Origin: an uncultured Actinomycetota bacterium
GTDB taxonomy: Bacteria > Actinomycetota > Actinomycetes > Mycobacteriales > QHCD01
DNA: 64,000 nucleotides
Reading direction: 5' to 3'
NCBI GenBank assembly: GCA_963775655.1
Contig: CAVZJT010000010.1
Location: forward strand, 192,270-256,269
Below are positions 28,812 through 37,668 of this stretch, piece after piece. The notes below the pieces were generated by a model. That model saw nothing but the letters and a program-made list of their open reading frames with translations, was not told where the DNA came from and did no database searches. Both the position numbers and the translations under genes were made by a program. Each line of letters starts with the position of its first letter. The stretch's first letter is position 1.

Positions 28812-29366
28812 TCAGCTCTCGGTGGGCTTGCTGGTCGTCGACTTGCTGGCCGTCGACTTGCTGGTCGTCGACTTGGTGGTCGAACTGCTGCGTCGCGGGG
28901 CACTCTTGCGGGCGGTGGCCGCCCGACCGGTACGCCGCGCCGATGCGCTCGCCTCGTCGGTCTTGTCCTTCGCGGTCTCGGCGGTCGCGTCGACGTCGTC
29001 CATGACCTGCTCGAACCGTGCCTCGGTGCGGCGGGCCTGCGGGCTGCGGCGTACCTGGGCCACGACCTGGGCGCCGCGCCGGGCGAAGTAGTCGTAGGCG
29101 TCCTTGGCCTGCTCGCCGTAGGCTTCGGCGACGGCACGCATTCCGGCCGGGGTGATCTGCTGGGCCCTGTCCGGCAGGTCGCCGGCCGCCTCCTGCAGCC
29201 GCTTCGCCCGCGCCTGCGCCTCGGCCTGGATGGCGGCGATGCGCTTGAAGGCGAGGTCGGAGGCCCCGACCCAGGCGTAGAACGGCTTGCGGGCATCGCC
29301 GATGGCTGCCCTGCCCTGGGCGACCATGGCCTCGCCGGCCTTACGGGCATCAGTGGTGAGCGACAT
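28812..29366 (-). CDS. HbhA-like coiled-coil protein with a Ser/Thr/Lys-repeat tail
   Basis: ATG at 29366, 7 nt after AAGGAG. The coiled-coil region resembles heparin-binding hemagglutinin. C-terminal tail is TTKSTTSKSTASKSTTSKPTES. Gene order XRE / hbhA / DUF2516 / COG4315 matches Rv0474-0477. Confidence 0.65.
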   Translation of the reverse strand: MSLTTDARKAGEAMVAQGRAAIGDARKPFYAWVGASDLAFKRIAAIQAEAQARAKRLQEAAGDLPDRAQQITPAGMRAVAEAYGEQAKDAYDYFARRGAQVVAQVRRSPQARRTEARFEQVMDDVDATAETAKDKTDEASASARRTGRAATARKSAPRRSSSTTKSTTSKSTASKSTTSKPTES

Positions 29367-29760
29367 CGTCGATCTCCTTCTCATCTGGCGGGGGTACCGC
29401 CGTGGTCGTGTGGACGGTCGCGAGGTTTTCCCGGCAGAACGATTCGTAGATCTCCACCAGGACCTGTCGCTGCCGCTCGGAGAGCCTGGTGTCCCGCAGG
29501 ATCGCGGCGATGACCTCGAGGTCCCCGTCCCGCTCCTCGAGGATCCCGGCCTGCAGGTAGAGCGTCTCGGCGGAGATCCGCAGGCCCTTGGCGATCTGCT
29601 GCAGGATCTCGGCGCTCGGGCGGCGCAGCCCTCGCTCGATCTGGCTGAGATAGGGGTTGCTCACCCCGGCGAGCTTGGCGAGCTGACGCAGTGACACCTG
29701 CGCCGTACGGCGTTGTTCGCGGATGTAGTCGCCCACGTCGCCGACCGACAAACCGGGCAC
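29350..29760 (-). CDS. XRE family transcriptional regulator (Rv0474-like)
   Basis: GTG at 29760. HTH VSLRQLAKLAGVSNPYLSQIERGLRRPSAEILQQIAKGL. 136 aa. Overlaps the hbhA-like start by 17 nt. Confidence 0.8.
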   Translation of the reverse strand: MPGLSVGDVGDYIREQRRTAQVSLRQLAKLAGVSNPYLSQIERGLRRPSAEILQQIAKGLRISAETLYLQAGILEERDGDLEVIAAILRDTRLSERQRQVLVEIYESFCRENLATVHTTTAVPPPDEKEIDDVAHH

Positions 29761-29997
29761 GTCGCACCCCCTCCGCGTGTGGTCCGTTGCTGTACTCCCC
29801 GTCACGGTAGCCCGTAGTGCTAGCTCCTGCAAGCAACCAGCTAGCACCCGGCCCTGAGTACGGGCAACCGGGGAATGATCCGTGGGGGACGCCCGTTGTG
29901 CTCGCTGACCGGCCCGTTTCATGCCCCCGGGCCTCACCATATTGCCGCTACGAGCGGCCACTCGCCGAGAGGCGGCTGGCGGGCCGGTCCAACGATC

Positions 29998-30043
29998 GCG
30001 GCCCCGTCCGGAAGAGATTTCGGGCGGGGCCGCGGTCGTTTTT
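29998..30043 (+). terminator. Intrinsic-terminator-like attenuator in the sugE leader
   Basis: GCGGCCCCGTCCG and CGGGCGGGGCCGC form a 13-bp stem (one G-U pair) with a 10-nt loop, then GGTCGTTTTT. Lies 74 nt upstream of the sugE ATG. No gene lies upstream on this strand. Confidence 0.5.
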
Positions 30044-30116
30044 CGGGAGAAGAACCGCCCGACCGCCCGCTACCGTGATCGACATGGCGCGTAAGGCTCG
30101 CGGGAGGGGCACGGCG

Positions 30117-30440
30117 ATGGACTGGACACTGCTCGCCCTCGCGGGACTGTTCGAGACCGGATTCGCGGTATTCCTCAAGCAGAGCCACGGCATGTCTCGG
30201 CTCTGGCCGACCATCGGGTTCGCCGCGTGCGCGCTCATCAGCTTCGGACTGCTCACCATCGCGCTGAAAGGCCTCGAGGTCGGCCCGGCCTACGCCGCCT
30301 GGACCGGCATCGGGGCCGCCGGCACGGCGATCATCGGAATGGCCGTGCTCGGCGAGACCGTCTCCACCGTCAAGATCATCTCGATCGTGCTCGTCGTCGC
30401 GGGCGTCATCGGGCTCAACCTGGCCGGCGCCGGCGCTTGA
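30117..30440 (+). CDS. sugE: SMR-family small multidrug/guanidinium exporter (SugE/Gdx-like)
   Basis: 107 aa with four TM helices and a conserved Glu in TM1 (LAGLFETGFAVFLK). Confidence 0.85.
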   Translation: MDWTLLALAGLFETGFAVFLKQSHGMSRLWPTIGFAACALISFGLLTIALKGLEVGPAYAAWTGIGAAGTAIIGMAVLGETVSTVKIISIVLVVAGVIGLNLAGAGA

Positions 30441-30449
30441 CCGCCGGTC

Positions 30450-31454
30450 CTACTTGTCCGGCTGCACCTGGACCTTGAGCCCGCCGCGCGCCCGCACCCG
30501 GTCGAGAGCCTGCTCGAAGTCCTCCAGCGCGAACCGGTCGGTGATCATCGCGGCGCCGTCGACCGCCCGCGCGGCCAGCAGCCGCATCGCCGGCTCGAAC
30601 GTCGAGAGCACAGCCATCGACCCGATGATGGTGATCTCGTCGTTGTAGACGCTGTACGGCGAGACCGCGATCCGCGCGTCCGCGGGCGCCACCCCGAAGA
30701 CCATGAAGGTGCCGCCGCGGCTCACCGCCCCGAGGCCCGCCTGGGCGGCGGCCGGGACGCCGGTGGCGTCGATGACGTAGTCGAACCCGCCCGGCTCGTC
30801 CTCGAGGGCATCCGCGACCGAGCCCGCGGTCGCGTCGGCGCCGAGGCGTCCCGCCACCGTCAGCCGGCCCGGGTCGGTGTCGACGACCGTTACCGAGGCG
30901 GCTCCGGTGCGGCGGGCCAGTTGGGCGAGCAGCAGGCCCATCGTGCCGGCGCCGATGATGAGCAGGGTCGAGCCCGGCGGCATCGCCAGCCGCCGCAGTC
31001 CGTGTACGGCGCAGGAGATGGGCTCCACCAGCGCGGCCTCGCCGAAGGACAGGTGATCGGGGATCTGGTAGGCGTTGGCCGCCGGCACGGCGACGTACTC
31101 GGCGAACGCCCCGTCGACCGTGTCGCCGATCGCACCCCAGTTCTCGCACAGGTTGCCGCGCTGCCGGCGGCACTGCCGGCACCGGCCGCAGAACAGCGAC
31201 GGGTCGACCGCCACCCGGTCGCCCTCCTCCAGGCCGGATACGCCGGCGCCGAGGGCGGCGACCTCGCCGGCAAACTCGTGCCCCGGGATGATCGGGTACG
31301 GCGTGGGCGGGAACTCGCCGGCGGCGATGTGCAGGTCGGTGCCGCACACCCCGCAGGCGCGGACCGCGACCACGATCTGGCCGGGGCCGGGCGTCGGGTC
31401 CGGGACCTGCGCGATCCTGATCTTGCCGGGCTCGTCGAGTACCACGCCGCGCAT
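30450..31454 (-). CDS. Zinc-dependent alcohol dehydrogenase family protein (threonine/sorbitol dehydrogenase-like)
   Basis: ATG at 31454. Catalytic zinc motif CGVCGTDLH...GHEFAGEV, structural zinc CGRCRQCRRQRGNLC, and Rossmann motif IIGAGTMG. Confidence 0.85.
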   Translation of the reverse strand: MRGVVLDEPGKIRIAQVPDPTPGPGQIVVAVRACGVCGTDLHIAAGEFPPTPYPIIPGHEFAGEVAALGAGVSGLEEGDRVAVDPSLFCGRCRQCRRQRGNLCENWGAIGDTVDGAFAEYVAVPAANAYQIPDHLSFGEAALVEPISCAVHGLRRLAMPPGSTLLIIGAGTMGLLLAQLARRTGAASVTVVDTDPGRLTVAGRLGADATAGSVADALEDEPGGFDYVIDATGVPAAAQAGLGAVSRGGTFMVFGVAPADARIAVSPYSVYNDEITIIGSMAVLSTFEPAMRLLAARAVDGAAMITDRFALEDFEQALDRVRARGGLKVQVQPDK

Positions 31455-31543
31455 CGGTCCTCCAGATCGTGGTCCGGTCAGATGTCGAGCACACCATAGG
31501 GTCACCCTCGCCCGCTGCCTACTGCGCGTACGAGGATGAGCGG

Positions 31544-32720
31544 ATGAGCACCGACGTCCCGGCCGTGAACGCGCTCACCGCGCGATGGGCGACGGCGTGC
31601 GACGGAGCGTCGACGACGCTGTCCGGCCTCGGCGTCTGGCCGCTGCTGGCCCTGCTGACGCCGGGCGCCGACGACGTCGTCCGCGCCGAGTTGGAGCAGG
31701 CGACCGGGGTGGCGGCGGCCGGATCGGCTGCCGCGGCCCGCGACCTGATGGACCTGCTTTCGAACGCCGACGCCGTCCGCGCCGCGCTCGGCCTGTGGAC
31801 CCGGGCCGAGCTGCCGCTGGAGCAGGCGTGGGTCGACCAGCTTCCGCAGGGCACGCGCGGCACGCTGACCGGTGACCTGGCCGCCGACCGGTCGACGCTC
31901 GACGCCTGGGCGGCCCGCCAGACCGACGGGCTGATCGACCGGATGCCGATCACCGTCGACGGCGCGATCCAGCTCGTCCTGGCCAGTGCCCTGTTGGTCC
32001 GGACCGAGTGGACGCAGCGATTCGCCGACGCGCGGTTGCCGGTCGATCACGGGCCCTGGGCGGGCGACGAGCTTGCGGGACTCACCCGCACCACCACCGA
32101 CCTCGACGACGTCGCCGTCGCGGACACCGCCGCCGGTCCGCTCACCCTCGTCCGGGTCGTTGGAGAGGACGACGTCGACGTACACCTGATCCTCGGCGAG
32201 GAGCAACGGCCGGCCGGCGACGTGCTCGCGGCCGGGATCGCCACGGTGTGCGGCGACGCGCCCCGCACCGCCGGCTCCGCGCTCGCCGACGGCAACCCCG
32301 GACCTGGTGTCGCGGTCCGCATGGTGTCGGCGTCGTCGGCGCGGCCGACCGTGCGGCTGCGGACGGTCCGATTCAGGGTCGAGGGCGACCACGACCTGCT
32401 GGCCCACGCGGACCTGTTCGGCCTGGCGACGGCGGCCGCGGGTGGTAGTCACTTCCCGGGCGTAAGCGAAGAACCGCTCGCCTTGGCGCAGGCGCGGCAG
32501 AGCGCCGTCGCGATATTCAGCGCCACCGGCTTCGAGGCCGCCGCCGTGACCGCCATCGCGATGAGGTCCTCGTTCGCGGCGGCGCAGCGCATCGGTACGG
32601 CGGGTCGAGGTCGCCATCGACCGGCCGTTCGGGTTCGTCGCGACCCACCGGCCGAGCGGCCTGGCGCTGGTCGCCGGCTGGGTCGCCGACCCCGAGCCGT
32701 GGAGCGAACCGGAGTTCTGA
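31544..32720 (+). pseudogene. Serpin family protein, apparently frameshifted after the reactive-centre loop
   Basis: ATG at 31544 after GAGGA. Serpin body with hinge ATGFEAAAVTAIAM in one frame. The conserved C-terminal strands VEVAIDRPFGFVATHRPSGLALVAGWVADP end at TGA 32718-32720 in the +1 frame. The unshifted frame runs on antisense through the next gene. Confidence 0.65.
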
Positions 32721-32722
32721 GC

Positions 32723-33580
32723 TCAGCCCGCCTCGATGACCCGGAGCACGGCGGCCATGTCGTCCTCATCGTGCCCCTGCGCGCCCGCCCGGCCGAACGC
32801 CTCGGCCACGGCGTCGACGAACGCGGTGTGCATGCCGACCGAGGTCGCGGCGGCGGCGATCAGTCGGGCGTCCTTCGCCGCGCCCGCGACCGTGAAGCTC
32901 GGGGTGAAGTCGCCGGCGATCATGAGCGCCCCCTTGAGGTGCGCGTAGGGACTGTCGGTCGGGGTGCCCTCGATCGCCTGGAGGAAGGCGGCGGGATCCA
33001 CACCGAGCCCTTGGGCCAGCGCGATCGACTGCGCCGTACCCACGGTGAGCAGCCCGATCCAGGCGTTGACGGCCAGCTTCAGCCGGCTGCCGGCGCCGGC
33101 CGGTCCGACCCACTGGGTGCGGCGGCCGATCGCGTCGAAGACCACCGCAGCGTCGTCCCGCACATCGTCGGCTCCGGACGCGAGAACGGTCAGGTTTCCT
33201 TGCTCGGCAGGCTGTTTCGTGCCAAGGACCGGCGCATCGACGTAGCGCCAGCCGCGCTTGTCAGCGACCGCGGCGAGCCGGTCGGCGCCCTCACCACCAA
33301 CCGTGCTGGTCTGTAGCCACAACGTCCCGGGCGGGGCGTCGACGTCGGCGAGCACGGCTTCGATGCTGTCCGCGTCGAAGAGCATCGTCAGCAGCACGTC
33401 GGCTCCGGCGGCCGCCGCAGCGGGCGTCGCCGCCACCGTGATGCCGTCGGCGGCCAACGGTTCGGCCTTGGACCGGGTGCGGTTCCAGGCCCGCACCGAC
33501 AGGCCCGCCCGTGCCATCCTGCGCGCCATCCCCGCGCCCATGATCCCGGTCCCCAACACCGCAACGGTCGTATCGGCCAT
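32723..33580 (-). CDS. NAD(P)-dependent beta-hydroxyacid dehydrogenase (3-hydroxyisobutyrate dehydrogenase family)
   Basis: ATG at 33580 after GAGGAGG. VAVLGTGIMGAGMA Rossmann motif and HIBADH-type C-terminal domain (GAAKDARL). Confidence 0.8.
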   Translation of the reverse strand: MADTTVAVLGTGIMGAGMARRMARAGLSVRAWNRTRSKAEPLAADGITVAATPAAAAAGADVLLTMLFDADSIEAVLADVDAPPGTLWLQTSTVGGEGADRLAAVADKRGWRYVDAPVLGTKQPAEQGNLTVLASGADDVRDDAAVVFDAIGRRTQWVGPAGAGSRLKLAVNAWIGLLTVGTAQSIALAQGLGVDPAAFLQAIEGTPTDSPYAHLKGALMIAGDFTPSFTVAGAAKDARLIAAAATSVGMHTAFVDAVAEAFGRAGAQGHDEDDMAAVLRVIEAG

Positions 33581-33626
33581 GTCGTTGCCCTCCTCGTCGC
33601 GTGTCCCACCCCGCCGTACCATGATC

Positions 33627-33682
33627 GCGGCGATGGAGCTCGCCCACCAAACCGCCCACCGTCGGGCCGATGGCTCCTAGCG
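33627..33682 (+). promoter_or_regulatory. Fluoride riboswitch (crcB RNA motif)
   Basis: GGCGAUGGAGCUCGCC...AAACCGCCCaccgucGGGCCGAUGGCUCCUA. P1 is GGCG/CGCC, P3 is GCCC/GGGC, the pseudoknot is GGAGC/GCUCC, and the conserved GAUGG segments are present. Near-colinear with the T. petrophila aptamer as I recall it. Lies 22 nt upstream of the crcB ATG. Confidence 0.85.
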
Positions 33683-33703
33683 AGAGTTGAGGAGAGCCCG
33701 ACG

Positions 33704-34114
33704 ATGACCCGTCGACGACTCGACATCCTGCTGGCCATCGCGCTCGGCGGGGCCATCGGCGGCGTTGCCCGCTACAGCGTGTCGCTCGCGCTGCCGACCC
33801 GTCCCGGCCACTTCCCCTGGGACACGTTTCTCATCAACGTCTCGGGCAGCTTCGTGCTGGGTCTGCTCGTGATCCTGCTCGCGGAGCGGTTCCCGCCCAG
33901 CCGCTATGCCCGGCCGTTCATCGGCACCGGGATCATCGGCGCCTACACGACCTTCTCGACGTTCGGCGTCGAGACCGATCTACTGATCCGCGACGGGCAC
34001 CTCGGCATCGCCGCCGCCTATGCGTTGGGCACCCTGGCCGGCGGGCTGATCGCCGCATGGGTCGGCGTCGTCGTCGGCCGGGAGTTGGCCGGTTTGGGGA
34101 GGGACATCACGTGA
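33704..34114 (+). CDS. crcB: Fluoride efflux transporter CrcB (copy 1)
   Basis: 136 aa. Motifs [24 protein letters not shown]. Confidence 0.9.
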   Translation: MTRRRLDILLAIALGGAIGGVARYSVSLALPTRPGHFPWDTFLINVSGSFVLGLLVILLAERFPPSRYARPFIGTGIIGAYTTFSTFGVETDLLIRDGHLGIAAAYALGTLAGGLIAAWVGVVVGRELAGLGRDIT

Positions 34115-34488
34115 GCAGCGAGGACGACGGCGTCGAGGCCCCTTCGCGCCGACCCACGAGCGGTAAGCGGCTGTGCGTCTTCATCGGCGAGACCGACCAG
34201 TGGAACCATCGGCCGCTGTACGCCGAGATCGTGCACCGGGCGCACCGGTACGGACTGGCCGGTGCCTCGGTGCTGCATGGCATCGAGGGCTTCGGCGCGT
34301 CCAAGCGGGTGCACTCCCTGCGGCTGCTCAGTCTTGCCGAGGACCTGCCGTGCCTGGTGGTCATCGTCGACAGCGCAGCCCGGATTGACGCGTTCCTCCC
34401 GCAGGTCGAGGAGATCGTCACCGAGGGGCTGCTCGTCCTCGATGACGTCGAGGTGATCCGGCGCGATCGCTCCCCCGGCCGGTCATGA
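34111..34488 (+). CDS. DUF190 domain-containing protein
   Basis: GTG at 34111 overlaps the crcB stop (GTGA). 125 aa. Motifs [29 protein letters not shown] and [11 protein letters not shown]190 is commonly linked to crcB. Confidence 0.8.
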   Translation: MSSEDDGVEAPSRRPTSGKRLCVFIGETDQWNHRPLYAEIVHRAHRYGLAGASVLHGIEGFGASKRVHSLRLLSLAEDLPCLVVIVDSAARIDAFLPQVEEIVTEGLLVLDDVEVIRRDRSPGRS

Positions 34489-34853
34489 ATTTTCTGGTGG
34501 TGGCCCTCGCCGCGGCGGTCGGCGCGCCGGCGCGCTATCTCGTCGACTCGTGGGTGCAGAAGCGTCTCGATCGGGTCTTCCCGTGGGGGACGCTCACGGT
34601 CAACGTCAGCGGCTCGTTCCTGCTCGGACTCATCACCGGGCTGGCGCTCTACCACGGCTTCGCGGCGACCCCGAAGTTGCTGATCGGCACCGGCTTCTGC
34701 GGCGCCTATACGACGTTCTCCACCTTCGCCGTCGAGACGGTGCGGCTCGGCGAGGACGGATCCACCGTCGAGGCGTTCGGCAACGTCGTGGCGAGCACCG
34801 TCAGCGCACTGCTCGCCGCGGCCGCCGGACTCGCGCTCGCCGCCGCGCTCTGA
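34485..34853 (+). CDS. crcB: Fluoride efflux transporter CrcB (copy 2)
   Basis: 122 aa. ATGA overlap with the DUF190 gene. Motifs NVSGSFLLG and GAYTTFSTF. Confidence 0.9.
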   Translation: MNFLVVALAAAVGAPARYLVDSWVQKRLDRVFPWGTLTVNVSGSFLLGLITGLALYHGFAATPKLLIGTGFCGAYTTFSTFAVETVRLGEDGSTVEAFGNVVASTVSALLAAAAGLALAAAL

Positions 34854-34868
34854 CCCCGCCCCCCACTT

Positions 34869-34928
34869 CCCATGATCAAGAGCGGATTCCGGTACGAAAC
34901 GCCGTACGAATCCCCTCTTGATCATGGG
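34869..34928. terminator. Long compound hairpin between convergent genes
   Basis: CCCATGATCAAGAG-C-GGATTC-CG-GTACG, loop AAACGC, then CGTAC-GAATCC-C-CTCTTGATCATGGG. About 25 paired bases. Flanked by a C-rich and a G-rich run. Confidence 0.55.
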
Positions 34929-34953
34929 CGAACGGGGCGGAGAGGGGCGGGTG

Positions 34954-35517
34954 TCAGAGGCCGATGCGGCGCAGGGCGAGGTCGGCGATGACCTCGATAC
35001 GCCGACCGACCCGCCACCGGCCCGCGGTGAGGGCGAAGTCGCGCCGGTCGATCCGGGCGCCAAGCCGCAGCCGGCAGGTGTCGCCGGCCCGGTCCGAGGG
35101 CGTGATCGGCGCGACCAGCCGGACCCCGTCGGTGAGCCCGCGAATGGTCAGCAGCCCCGAGCCGCTCCACCGGCCGTGCTCATCGGGGTGGCCGTCGCAG
35201 ATGCGCAGCATGATCTCGGGACAACGCCCCACGTCGAGGAAATCCGCGGACATCAGGCGCAGCAGCGCCCGTCGGTGCGCGCAGTCCAGGGCGCCGAGGC
35301 CGACCCACAGCGCGCCGTCGGTCGGGGCTCCCGACGTCGAGGCGACCTGGACGTGTCCGGAGACCTCTCGGCTGATGACGTCGATGCCCGGCCCGACGAC
35401 GTGGCGGAACCTCAGGCTCGCGGTGCTGCCCTCGTCGGCCATCCATACGCCGGGCGGCACCAACCCAGGACCGGAGAGATCCGGGGCACCGAATCCGTCA
35501 TCTCGCACCGCACTCAC
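34954..35517 (-). CDS. YceI-like family protein
   Basis: 187-aa ORF. Layout resembles the YceI lipid/polyisoprenoid-binding barrel (SLRFRHVVG...SGHV, MSADFLDVGRCPEI, GLLTIRG, ARIDRRDF). Start could be ATG 35442. Confidence 0.55.
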   Translation of the reverse strand: MSAVRDDGFGAPDLSGPGLVPPGVWMADEGSTASLRFRHVVGPGIDVISREVSGHVQVASTSGAPTDGALWVGLGALDCAHRRALLRLMSADFLDVGRCPEIMLRICDGHPDEHGRWSGSGLLTIRGLTDGVRLVAPITPSDRAGDTCRLRLGARIDRRDFALTAGRWRVGRRIEVIADLALRRIGL

Positions 35518-35572
35518 CCCGCTGCCGAGAAGTCACCCAAACTGTAGCCTTCCACGGCCCGCTCGGGGAGTT

Positions 35573-36580
35573 TCAGCCGCGCCTAAATGCGCCGGGCAGC
35601 AGCCGCACCTCGCCGACCGCACGTCCGCCGCCGCGGACCCGCGAGCTGGCCAGGTCGGACAGGGCCTGCGGGTCCGCCCCGAGCCGGACCAGGGCACCGG
35701 TGAGCACCGGCATCCGGGCGCGTACGGCGCCGTCGTCGATCTTCACCGCGGCGGCGGCCCCGGACGCCAGCGCCGCGGCGTGCACGCCCTCGGCTCCGCC
35801 CTTCATCAGCAGTCCGGGAACGGCGTCCATCGCGACGGTGTCCTCGCGTCCGGTCCCGGCGACCAGTCGGGGGTTCGCCCGCATGGCGTCGGCGACCCGG
35901 CGCTCCGTCGTACCGGGAGCGGCCGAGACCAGCCGGGAGAAGGCGCCCGCGAGCCCGGCCAGGGACAGCGCCATGACCGGGGCGCCGCACCCGTCCACAC
36001 CCACGGCCGCGACCTTCTCCTCGCTGAGATCCTCGATCGTCGACCGGATCAACTGCTGCAGCGGGTGTTCGGGGTCGACGTAACCGTCGGTCGGCCAGCC
36101 GGCGGCGACGCAGGCGAGCAGCATGCCGGTGTGCTTGCCGGAGCAGTTCATGAAGACCCGGCTCGGCGTCACACCGGCCCGGATGGCCGCGGCGCGGGCG
36201 TCCCGGTCGGCGGGAAGGTCGGCGGGGCAGGCGAGTGACGCCTCGGTGAGACCGGCACCGGCCAGCAGCCGGCGTACCCGCTCCACGTGCACGTCCTCAC
36301 CGGTGTGCGAACCGGCGACGAGGGCCAGGTCGGCGTCGTCGACCTTCAGGCCGGCGTGCAGCATCGCGAGCGCCTGCAGCGGCTTGTTGGACGATCGCGG
36401 GAAGACCGGCACCCGGGTCGCGCCGATGTCCACGGCGGGTGTGCCGTCCGGGTGCAGCGCGATCACCGACCCGCGGTGGATCGACTCGACGAAACCGGAC
36501 CGCACCACCTCGACCAGCGGCCGGCCGGCGGGCAGGTCCCCGTCGTGGGCAGCGTGCATCTCCTGCGTCTGTTCGGCCAC
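35573..36580 (-). CDS. Asparaginase (Asparaginase_II family)
   Basis: 335-aa ORF. Motifs VESIHRGSV, FPRSSNKPLQA, CSGKHTGML, GVDGCGAP. Confidence 0.8.
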   Translation of the reverse strand: MAEQTQEMHAAHDGDLPAGRPLVEVVRSGFVESIHRGSVIALHPDGTPAVDIGATRVPVFPRSSNKPLQALAMLHAGLKVDDADLALVAGSHTGEDVHVERVRRLLAGAGLTEASLACPADLPADRDARAAAIRAGVTPSRVFMNCSGKHTGMLLACVAAGWPTDGYVDPEHPLQQLIRSTIEDLSEEKVAAVGVDGCGAPVMALSLAGLAGAFSRLVSAAPGTTERRVADAMRANPRLVAGTGREDTVAMDAVPGLLMKGGAEGVHAAALASGAAAAVKIDDGAVRARMPVLTGALVRLGADPQALSDLASSRVRGGGRAVGEVRLLPGAFRRG

Positions 36581-36588
36581 GCGGCGGC

Positions 36589-37608
36589 TCAGTCGATCGC
36601 GGCCGGTACGTCGCCGGCCTGCAGGGTCGCGTCGTCGGGAACCGACCGCTTCACCAGGGCCAGCGCCACCGGTCCGAGGTCGTGATGGCGCACCGCCGTA
36701 CCCACGAAGCCGATCTGCCGGCCGTCGAGGGTCACCGGTGCACCGTGCGGCGGAAGCGTCTCCTGCGATCCGTCGAGGTGCAGCAGCACCATCCGCCGCG
36801 GCGGGCGGCCGAGATTGTGCACCCGCGCGACGGTCTCCTGGCCGCGGTAACAGCCCTTGTCGAGGTGTACGGCGACCCCGATCCAGCCGACCTCGTGCGG
36901 GATGGTGCGGTGGTCGATCTCGGCGCCCTCACGCGGCCGCCGGGACTCCACCCGCATCGCCTCGAAGGCCCACGTCCCGGCCGGTCGGGCGCCGGCGGCG
37001 GTGAGTCGATCGGCCGTGGCGGCCAGTTGGGCGCGCGGCACCAGCAGGTCGGCGGCGTCCGGTGCCGGCCAGGGCATCCGGCGGGCCCAGCCGCCGTCCG
37101 GGAGCGCGACGACGTCGTACGGCGCCGCCGCCTTGACCCCGATCGTGGCGAGCAGGTCAGGGGTGCGGGGACCGACCACGCTGAGCAGCGCCCAGTCGTC
37201 GGTCGCGTCGGTCGGGTCGACCCGCAGGAAGAAGCGCATCGAGTCGAGGTAGCTGAGCAGCGGCTCGGCGGCGCCGGGCTCGACGTCGAGCCACGTCTGG
37301 CCGTCGAGCTCGGCGACCTGCATGTGGTGTTCGACGTGGCCGTGCGGGGTGAGGAGGAGCGACTCGGTGCCCCGGCCGTCGGACAGTTCGGTGAGGTGCT
37401 GGCTGGTCAGGCTGTGCAGCCACGACAACCGGTCGTCGCCGGACACCACCAGGACGCCGCGGTGGCTGCGGTCGACCCAGCCGACATCCTCGGCGAGCGC
37501 CCGCTGCTCCCGGGACGGGTCGCCGTAATGCCAGGCGACACCCTCGTCGGGCGGCTCGGCGGCCACGGCGCCGGGCCGGTCGAGCATGGGCGAACGGTAG
37601 GAGGTCAC
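36589..37608 (-). CDS. ygfZ: Folate-binding protein YgfZ (CAF17 family, Rv0811c-like)
   Basis: 339-aa ORF. GcvT-like N-domain and the signature KGCYRGQETVARV. Confidence 0.8.
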   Translation of the reverse strand: MTSYRSPMLDRPGAVAAEPPDEGVAWHYGDPSREQRALAEDVGWVDRSHRGVLVVSGDDRLSWLHSLTSQHLTELSDGRGTESLLLTPHGHVEHHMQVAELDGQTWLDVEPGAAEPLLSYLDSMRFFLRVDPTDATDDWALLSVVGPRTPDLLATIGVKAAAPYDVVALPDGGWARRMPWPAPDAADLLVPRAQLAATADRLTAAGARPAGTWAFEAMRVESRRPREGAEIDHRTIPHEVGWIGVAVHLDKGCYRGQETVARVHNLGRPPRRMVLLHLDGSQETLPPHGAPVTLDGRQIGFVGTAVRHHDLGPVALALVKRSVPDDATLQAGDVPAAID

Positions 37609-37668
37609 ACCTTCAGTATCGCCGCTCGCCGGCCGGCCATTCCCGCGGCGCCCACCCCGAGGTGCCTC

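Noticed and set aside
27698-29350. 550-aa ORF on the minus strand
   Set aside because: Only the last 89 codons (the DUF2516 membrane protein) look real. The rest is P/R/A-rich, overlaps the COG4315 lipoprotein gene on the other strand, and overlaps the hbhA-like gene in another frame.
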